Positions 54,971 through 64,000 of a DNA stretch of 64,000 nucleotides are shown here, one piece after another. The position numbers and the translations under genes are program-made. Under the pieces are notes generated by a model that was given only the letters and a program-made list of their open reading frames with translations, did not search any database and had not been told where the DNA came from. Every line of letters starts with the position of its first letter. Position 1 is the first letter of the stretch. This stretch comes from Octopus vulgaris (Eukaryota), in the NCBI GenBank assembly GCA_951406725.2, contig OX597819.1:18538001-18602000 (forward strand). Direction: 5' to 3'.

Positions 54971-56358
54971 TGCTGAACAATATTGACAAGTTGCTGGGCT
55001 GAAATAGCTTCGCTTGTCACTCATTCAAAGATAAGTCTTTAATGGACAATTTAATCCACTGCAAAAGTCTGGCCTTGCTTTCTCCTCTTCCTCCCTCTCT
55101 CTCTCTCTCTCTCTTTCATTCTTTCTTTATTTCCTACTTTCGCTCTTATTTCCTTCTCCTCCTTTCTCTATTGTCTCTATTCTTTCTGTCTTTCTTTCGT
55201 GGTTCTTTTTCTTTCCTCATCATCTTCACCAAACAATTGTGTTGTGCCCCCTATTAATATAACCATTTGATTCTACTTGTTCAGTAATAAACGATCGTAG
55301 TTGTAGACATCGATGTTGACGACGGCGACGAAGACGACGACGAGGAGGATGATGATGATGATGACAAAAGCGATGGTGAGAATAATGAAGATGACGATGA
55401 CGGCATGACAAGAGTGGTGATGAAGATGGCTATAGTAATGGCGATAATGGTGTTCAGGACGAAGTCATAATCATAATCGCTTTTATGAAATCATTGAGCA
55501 AACCAAGCACAATTCGTTTTGTCACATTAGATGCTGGGCGGGGTTGTATTTTCTGGAAAGATACTCCGCCCAGACCCATGTTGATAAATGTTAATTCAGC
55601 ATGGACAAAATATTCTCTTTCAAACAATGGATAAGGTTCGAAAAGCCAACAGCGTCCGTCTTTCATTTCCCTGTGATTATTTTCGAAGAATTTACGCAGC
55701 CGGTTTAGACATTTACTCAGTTGCCATCTTGAACACTCCTTAACCAGAGACGCATGCGTGCGTACCATCTGCTCAATTATGTTGGCGATATTTGGTTCCA
55801 ATCATAGGGTTGAAAGCATTCAAGAAACCTCCGTAACATCGTTACATTTACTCACTCTATTCGTATGCAGAGTGCTATCCAACACTTGTTTCTTCATCTC
55901 CATGACCTACATCTATTGTTTGAAAGCGGCTGTTAGAGTTAGGGTGGAATCTAAACGCGTCTAAATTTGTATATTTTATTTCCCACATTAAAATTCTCTT
56001 ACTATTTCCCTATGGTCGAATGATCTTGTTGCTGTTGCCAAATGTATGATTATATGTGTCCGAATTATAAAAAGGTTTCCATTGATGTCTCATCATTTCC
56101 GGAAGTGCTTCTGCTCTTCTGTTAAATAAATATTTCAACAGTTATTCCGATATTCAATATCCGTGTGTTGGCGTACACCTTTCAGAAATTTGTTGGAAAC
56201 TTTGGGATCAACTGGAGGTTATAAGATACACAGAGTGCTTTTTTATTGGGGAGAGCAAAGATTTTGAACTTGGTGCTTGGATGTTACGTATCGTGACTAA
56301 AAGATCATATGACGCTCTTAACAAAAGGTGGTTGTCTACTCTTACGACCTCCTAGTGA

Positions 56359-56442
<84 letters not shown>

Positions 56443-56556
56443 GATAATGATAATAATAATAATGAGAATAATAAAAAAATAATAATGATAATGATGATAA
56501 TGATAATGATGATAATGATAATGATGATAATGATAATAATAATAATGATGACGATG

Positions 56557-56640
<84 letters not shown>

Positions 56641-56642
<2 letters not shown>

Positions 56643-56708
56643 CCAAGGCACACAGAGCTGCGCTCGGTAGTGAAGTGAAAGCACGCTATAAAAATAAAAA
56701 TAAAACTA

Positions 56709-56711
<3 letters not shown>
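56641..56711 (+). mobile_element. Extremely 5'-truncated Dong-type LINE 3' end in (AAT)n
   Basis: Near-identical to 62941-63005 (acccaaggcacacagagctg...aaaactactg), with (AAT)n on both sides. Confidence 0.9.
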
Positions 56712-56740
<29 letters not shown>

Positions 56741-56741
<1 letters not shown>

Positions 56742-57355
56742 CCCTTATCCATCAACGGTTAGTGGCTTCTGGATTAAAATAAGAAAGCCGCAAATCAATG
56801 TCTACCTACAAGGAACTACCAGGCCAACATATTAAAGAACAGCAGTAGCCCAACATGTCATGTTTGATAATAACAAAATGAAACCATTGATCATTTTGTC
56901 TCCAAGTGCAGTCGTCTTGCGCCTACAGAGTATCTCAAAAGGCATGATAGAGCAGCAACATATATTCACTTGGTAATTTGCAAAATCCATGATAAAAACT
57001 GTTGGGAATACAAACCACTTCCAGTGCTTGAAAATGATCACATCTCACTCTCTGGAACGTCACCATTCAAGCTGACAGAAAGATTGATGCAAATAGCCAG
57101 ACATCATATTGAAAGACTTCAACCAAAAACATGCCTCCTCATTGATATGACCGTCCCAAACGATATAAACGTATCTGTCAAGACCTACGAAAAACTGAGC
57201 AAGTATAAAGGCCTTGAAATAGAAATTGGCAAAAGGTGGAACCTAAAGACTAAAACAATACCTGTTATGATAGGCGCCCTAGGAATGATAGAAAAAGGGG
57301 CTGTTTCCTACCAAACTCAGATACCAGGAAACCCCCAAAAGCAAAAATTTCTACG
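56741..57355 (+). mobile_element. R4/Dong-type LINE C-terminal fragment (same family as 1-1075)
   Basis: ORF 56970-57380: LLIDMTVPNDINVSVKTYEKLSKYKGLEIEIGKRWNLKTKTIPVMIGALG. Starts immediately after (AAT)n. Confidence 0.88.
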
Positions 57356-59029
57356 TAAAAAATTAAAAACAAACTCATAAGTTTGGTATGTGTTATTAAA
57401 CATTCTCTGGTTCCAGGCTGGATATAATCCTCGGACCAGCTAATATTAGTAGAATTAAAGACCACTGTTAAAAGTATATTAACCTGTGTGCTGGCCTCAG
57501 CTAGGGTTAGACTTGTGAGCCAAAAAAAACACCTCTGAAATGATCTTCGTGGTTAACCGCGTCAGGATGACGGTCGGTAATGCTTTTAGTATCATTTCCT
57601 TTTTATATAAATTAGTCTGAAATTGTCGAATACATTTCTTTGCAAATAAGGTAATTTCGGGGTTGGTCTGCAATCATTTATAGTTAAATATTTCCTTTCA
57701 AAATCTTTTTTTTATTATTAAACTGAACTAGTATTTCGAATGAGCAATAAGTATCAAAGCATTTAACAATGAGCATTAAATAACAAGATAAAGATAAATC
57801 ATTTTGTTCCCTTGTCAAACTTTAGACCTAACAACCTAAATGAGAAAACCGATATGACTGAAAGAATTTTTAAAGGGCTTTTATTTTTAGGCTGAGGTCA
57901 AACAGTCGAATCCATTCAACCATATCGTCAGTCTTTAGCAACATCAACTTCAAAGAACTTGAGAGAGGTGACAGACTGAGAGAGGACAAGAACCTTCACA
58001 CATTTTCAGCATTGCAAGATTTTGGAGTTATTTTTGTCAGAATAGAGCTGTCTTCAAGAATCCAAGTAATGCTATGTATTGAAGAGTAGCCGTAGATGCT
58101 GGTCATGTTGTTGTTCTTGTTGTTTGCTGCTACTGTTGTTGTTGTTGTCACATACTTTTTATTTTGACGCTACTTTGCTTCAGAATTTGGTTAGTCATAA
58201 ATTCCCCTGGGAATTTTAAGCCCAGCTTCATCACTTTTATTTATTTATTTTTGTTCTTTGTTTTTGCTTTGAAACGAAATCTAGCTTCAAGCATCTTCTA
58301 CAGATAATTTTTTAGACACTATTTTCTGAAACAGGTAAAATTACGTAGAGGGTGCAAATTTTGATCTTGCACCACCTGAAAATTCCAAGGGGTGCAGATG
58401 CACCCGCTGCATCCCCTGTTCCTGGGCCCTTGCACCCTGGAAAGAATGGAAGGTAAACTTATAAAATGCTGATATGTTAGCGAGAGTCACACAAATGACG
58501 GTATATTTGTCATTCTTTAAAATATTCCAAATAACACATGAGCGGAGAGATATTGTCTTCGAGTATATTGCTTGGAATCTAGTAAATCAATGGTTTTATG
58601 GAATTCTAATATCGAGACAGAGAATATAATTAAATAACATATATTAGCTCCTGTCATAAATGGCACATCAATAGTGTACCGCACTTGAACCACGATAAAC
58701 CGTTTACATCATGCATTATTTGATAGCAGTCAACAATATACACCACTCCATCATAATACAATATACGGATGAGCACTTTAGTATAAACTACGGATAACAT
58801 ACGTATAACATAAGTACAATATCTATCCAGCACTGCACATGTTTTACACTAGGTCAATACGTCATACTGTTTCAAATACAGCACTCTACAACGATGTACA
58901 AGAACACACATTTGTGTATTACACTCGACTCGTATACAACAACGCACTACACATTATGTACTGTTATACAACTGAATGTGCACCCATTATATATCGTAAT
59001 ACAGCACACTCAGCACCACTCTGCAACCA

Positions 59030-59720
59030 TACATTCTGAGTTCAAATTCCGCCGAGGTTGACTTTGCCTTTCATCCTTTCGGAGTCATTAAATTATGTAC
59101 CAGTTACGCACTGGGGTCGATGTAATTGACTTAATCCGTTTGTCTGTCCTTGTTTGTCCTCTCTGTGTTTAGCCCCTTGTGGGTAGTAAAGAAATAGCTG
59201 TTTCGTCTGCTGCTGCGTTCTGAGTTCAAATTCCGCCGGGGTCGATAAATTAAGTATCACTTACGCACTGCAGTTGATGTAATCGACTTAATCCCTTTGT
59301 CTACCCTTGTTTGCCCTCTGTATGTATTGCCCATTGTGAGCAATAAATAAATAAGAAACGGTAGCACGCCGGGCGAAATGCTTAGCGGTATTTCGTTTGC
59401 TTTTACGTTCTGAATCCAAATTCCCCCGAGGTCGAGTTTGCATTTCATCCTTTCGAGGTCGATAAATTAAGTACCAGTTACACACTGGGGTTGATGTAAT
59501 CGATTTAATCCCTTTGTCTGTCCGTTTGTCCCTCTATGTTTAGCCCCTTGTGGGCAATAAATAAATAAGAAACATATTCTGAGTTCAAATTGCACCGAGG
59601 TCGACTTTGCCTTTCATCCTTTCGGGGTCGAAAAACTAAGTACCAGTTACGTACTGGGTTCGATCTAATCGGCTAGCAGCCTCTCCATAAATTTCGTACC
59701 TTGTGCCTAGAATAGAAACG
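59030..59720 (+). mobile_element. Tandem array of four partial SINE family A units
   Basis: ttctgagttcaaatt recurs at about 59034, 59218, 59408 (ttctgaatccaaatt) and 59577. Confidence 0.9.
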
Positions 59721-60446
59721 AATAGACTCTGCTACATTTCACCTCCCTAAAAAGGGCAAAATGGGAAGTCATTTAGCTCAATCAGCGATATGCTCAAATC
59801 AAAGCTAGACGATACCATACGTGTCAGACTCTTTTATCGCACTGCTCTCCTCAGGTTTTATGTATAGGTGAGACAGGGAGTTATTCGAAAAGAATAAAAG
59901 AACGATTAGCTACAACGCAAAGGGCCATGGAAATGGCCATATAAATAATATCAGTATGAGAGGATTTTTGAAATGAAAGAATTCGAAGTACGGGGTGGAG
60001 TGAACGACATGAGCGACGTGAAATATCCACTGCGCCGGATATTTCCCAAGTTTCGCAGACATCAGTTGGACCCAAGAAGTCGCCGACTGGTATTCAAAGG
60101 AAGGGAAAAAAGGTCACTGAAAAAGCCTCCACGATGAAGACGTTCCAGTTAAGCAATTTGGGTCAAGATAAAAACGAATAGCACAATCAGGACAGAAACG
60201 GAAATGCATTGTAATCAGCGGTGTATAAGAGCATCTGATGGTTGGATCGATATTGTGATAGTGCCAATATAGTATATTGTAGCAGGACATCCCTCGATTC
60301 TATTACAATAGGCTGGGGGTCGACACCACTACAATATATTTTCCAATACACCCCCACCACTACCACCACTATATCATTCAATTCGACTAAGACATTCTGC
60401 CGTCCATCCAGCTGTCCACCGTACTGCAATTATTGCATCAGAATTG

Positions 60447-60786
60447 AGACCCCTTTCGCTCATGACTGACCATGGGATTGCACCTAGAAATTTCCCCCCC
60501 CCCCAGGCACAAGTCCGGGCAAGGTTGTTTATGGAGGACTAGCAATCGCCCATGAACACCGGCCTTCCTTTCTCCACGCCATCAGTATTATCCAAGGGAA
60601 AGGCAAAAGGCCGATTCAGCTTGGCACCTGTGACGTCGCAACTCATTTCTGCAGCTGAATAAACTGGAGCAACGTGAAATAAAGTGTCTTGCTCAAGAAC
60701 GCAACACGCAGCCCGGTCCGGGATTCGAATTCCCAACCTCGCGATCGTAAGGTGGACGCTATAACCACTGAGCCATGCGCCTTCAC
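60447..60786 (-). mobile_element. tRNA-derived SINE family D, full length
   Basis: gtgaaggcgcatggctcagtggtt (A box), attcgaatccc (B box), body ttcttgagcaagacactttatttcacgttgctccag, distinct 3' tail. Confidence 0.85.
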
Positions 60787-61299
60787 TTTACAATACACTG
60801 CTGTAAGTAAAACACACTTAACTACACAAAATTCACATCTCTACCACAATACACACTGTACACTATTACACACCATCTTACACAATCCCGCACGACACCA
60901 CAACAGTTTTATTTGACGACACTGCATTGTAGTCCGTTACATTTTACCACTACACCACACTTTTGCATAATACTACACCACAAGACGTCCTCTACAATAC
61001 ACTTAGCTATATAACAGTCTAGTCTCTAATACAGTTCAGACTGGAGTAAAATACACTGCATATTACATACACAGCGGTCTATTTTATTATAATACAGTCA
61101 GAGCATTATACAATACACCATTAAACTACATTATTACACTCTGCACAACAGCGCAGCTTCACCTTTTTCCACTGCGTTTTGTTATATTAAAAGCAAAAAA
61201 ATCATTATAATATTTGAAAGCTGTCAGTCTTCAATATTTCAGCTATATCAATAGTGTAATCCTGTTTAAACCACAACGAGCAGAAACAAAAGCTATGGT

Positions 61300-61360
61300 A
61301 CTACCACCACCACCACCACCACCACCACCACCACCACCACCACCACCACCACTAACACTA

Positions 61361-61406
<46 letters not shown>

Positions 61407-61928
61407 CACCACTACTACTACTATCACCACCACCACAACCACGACAACCACCACGACGACCACCACCACCACTACAATCACAACCACCACCACAACCACA
61501 ACCACCACCACCACCATCACCACCACCATCTCACAATCACCACCACCACCACCACAACAACAACACCACCACCACCACACCACCACCACCACCACCACCA
61601 CCACCACCACCACCACCACAGCCAACACCACCACCACTACGCAACCACCACCACCACCACCACCACCCACCACCACCACAACCACTACTACTACAACTGA
61701 CACTACTACCACTACTACTACTACTACTACCACCACCACCAACACTACTACTACTATCACCACCACCACAACCACGACCACGACCACCCCCCACGACCAC
61801 GACCACCACCGCAATCACAACCACCACCACAACCACAACCACCACCACCACCATCACCACCACCACCTCACACCACCACCACCACAACAACAACAACAAC
61901 CACCACCAACACCACCACTGCCACCACC

Positions 61929-61979
<51 letters not shown>

Positions 61980-62000
61980 GCTACAACTGATGCAACCACT
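61300..62000. repeat. (CCA)n/(CTA)n compound microsatellite with an internal block duplication
   Basis: Block ct(a/g)acactactaccactactact...ctatcaccaccaccacaaccacgac recurs at about 61352 and 61697. Confidence 0.9.
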
Positions 62001-62239
62001 CTAGCATCGAGGCCAGCATCAGCAACACTGGCGAAAAAGCAGCCATACCAGTAGCATGTCCGACACCAACCTAACACCAACAACACTGCTACGACTACGA
62101 CCAGCGAGACATCACCCACCACCTACGCCAACAGCAGCAGCAACAGCAACAACCAAAACAGCAGCAGCAGCAGCAACAACAGCAACAGCAACAACAACAA
62201 AGGCAAGAATATTAACTAAACAAAAATAAGAACGGTTAC

Positions 62240-62447
62240 CCATTTTGGTAAAGGGCCAGCAGTTTTTGAGGGGAGGGGCAAGTCGATTCCGTCAATCCCG
62301 GTTCTTCACTGGTGCTTATTTTATCAACTCCGAAACGGTAAACGGTTATGCCAAGCTCGGTGGAGTTTGAACTCTGAATCTAAAGCCGGACGAAATAGCG
62401 TTAAGCATTTTGTCCGGTGTGTTCATGTTTCTGCAGAACTGCCACCT
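62240..62447 (-). mobile_element. SINE family A copy
   Basis: Reverse complement aaggtggcagttctgcagaa...aatgcttaacgc...cagagttcaaactccaccgag. Confidence 0.7.
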
Positions 62448-62453
62448 TGATGA

Positions 62454-62518
<65 letters not shown>

Positions 62519-62539
62519 GTGGTGATGATGATGATGATG

Positions 62540-62603
<64 letters not shown>

Positions 62604-62604
<1 letters not shown>

Positions 62605-63005
62605 TGTCAGAGATCATGAAGAAAAAAAATGCTTTCTAATTGATGTATCAATACCGGCTGATGACAACGTGTCTCTAAAAGAAATGGAGAAACTCTCAAA
62701 ATACAAAGACCTGGAAATAGAGGTAACTAGAATGTGGAATCTGAAAACAGAAACAATTCCTATCATAGTAGGTGCATTAGGCATGATAAAAAAATATTCA
62801 GACAAATACATAACAAAAACACCAGGACTTACAAACACATATAACATACAGAAAATTGCACTACTAGACACTGCACACATCCTACGCAGAACACTTTCCA
62901 TACAATAACCATCAGAGCATCACAACAAATCACAGCACATACCCAAGGCACACAGAGCTGTGCTCGGTAGTGAAGTGAAAGCACGCTATAAAAATAAAAC
63001 TACTG
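62604..63005 (+). mobile_element. Well-preserved Dong-type LINE 3' end (REL endonuclease C-terminus + 3' UTR) in (AAT)n
   Basis: CFLIDVSIPADDNVSLKEMEKLSKYKDLEIEVTRMWNLKTETIPIIVGALG...IQKIALLDTAHILRRTLSIQ* is uninterrupted to 62908, with (AAT)n on both flanks. TAA-repeat targeting is established for Dong elements. Confidence 0.92.
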
Positions 63006-63032
63006 AATAACAATAATAATAACAATAACAAC

Positions 63033-63172
<140 letters not shown>

Positions 63173-63185
63173 CAACCACAACAAC

Positions 63186-63256
<71 letters not shown>

Positions 63257-63258
<2 letters not shown>

Positions 63259-63445
63259 TCTAATATAGGCACCAGACCTGAAATTTGGGGAAGGGGCTCA
63301 GTCGATTACATCGACCCCAGTGCCTCATTGGTACTTAATCTATCGACCACGAAAGGATGAAGGGCAAAGTGGACGTCGGAGGAATTTGAACTGAGAACGT
63401 AAGGACAGACGAAATGCCGCTAAGCGTTTGTACCGGTGACGCGTA
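63257..63445 (-). mobile_element. SINE family A (short tail type) ending in (ATT)n
   Basis: Reverse complement has cagttcaaattcc, ttcatcctttcgtggtcgataga and a tail ttagaaagt(att)n. Confidence 0.8.
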
Positions 63446-63515
63446 GCGAGAGGTGGCGTTGGCAGGAATGCTTAGCGTAGAAACACCGACAACAACAACA
63501 ACTACAACAATTACC

Positions 63516-63552
<37 letters not shown>

Positions 63553-63553
63553 C

Positions 63554-63624
<71 letters not shown>

Positions 63625-64000
63625 CGATGATGATGATGATGACGATGATGATGTTGGTAACGGCAACAACAGCAAGAATAAGTGAAAAAACTTTTAGCAA
63701 CAACAGCCGAAACAAGAACAGCGTTTGTAAGTGTTTGCAGTGCCCCAGCATGGCCACAGTCTAATGACTGAAAAAAGAAAAAAGTGAAAGTAAAAAAAAA
63801 AGTAAAGACTGAAAATCACAAGCAACACAAGGAACAATAAAAAGAACGGTAACAACAGAACGAACACCACCATTTCCACCACCACCACCACCACCACCAC
63901 CAACACCACCACCAACAACACCACCACCAACACCACCACCACCAACACCACCACTACCACCACCACTACCACCGACTCCACCACCACCACCACCACCAAC

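Noticed and set aside
60790-61160. CA/TA-rich stretch (also about 58640-59030) as a possible structured RNA or exon
   Set aside because: It reads as an old degenerate tacaa/tacac pentamer-like low-complexity repeat.
61214-61990. 258-aa proline/histidine-rich ORF, the longest in the window
   Set aside because: Entirely (CCA)/(CTA) repeats, open on both strands, with no splice or domain evidence.

Overview
AT-rich, microsatellite-saturated eukaryotic DNA. The repeat families strongly resemble those of Octopus genomes; the organism is an inference, not something I could verify. I find no convincing cellular protein-coding gene, and most ORFs in the track are translated microsatellites. The window is a mosaic of transposons: a near-full-length decayed Penelope-like element (RT + GIY-YIG, 3710-6452), several R4/Dong-type restriction-endonuclease LINE fragments mostly in or next to (TAA)n tracts, RTE and CR1/L2 3' fragments, a TIR-bounded mariner, a Tc1 5' half, and many tRNA-derived SINEs, some in tandem arrays. 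The most notable signal is a composite terminal module: tRNA-like Pol III head, (AAT)n spacer, minimal hammerhead ribozyme, then the Penelope pseudo-LTR. It is attached to Penelope coding sequence twice and occurs twice without it. A second family of short hammerhead-bearing elements sits in (TA)n/(GA)n tracts, including a recurrent CUGUNGA core variant. A few non-repetitive islands (about 51.4 kb, 54.9 kb, 31.0 kb) carry promoter-like motif clusters.
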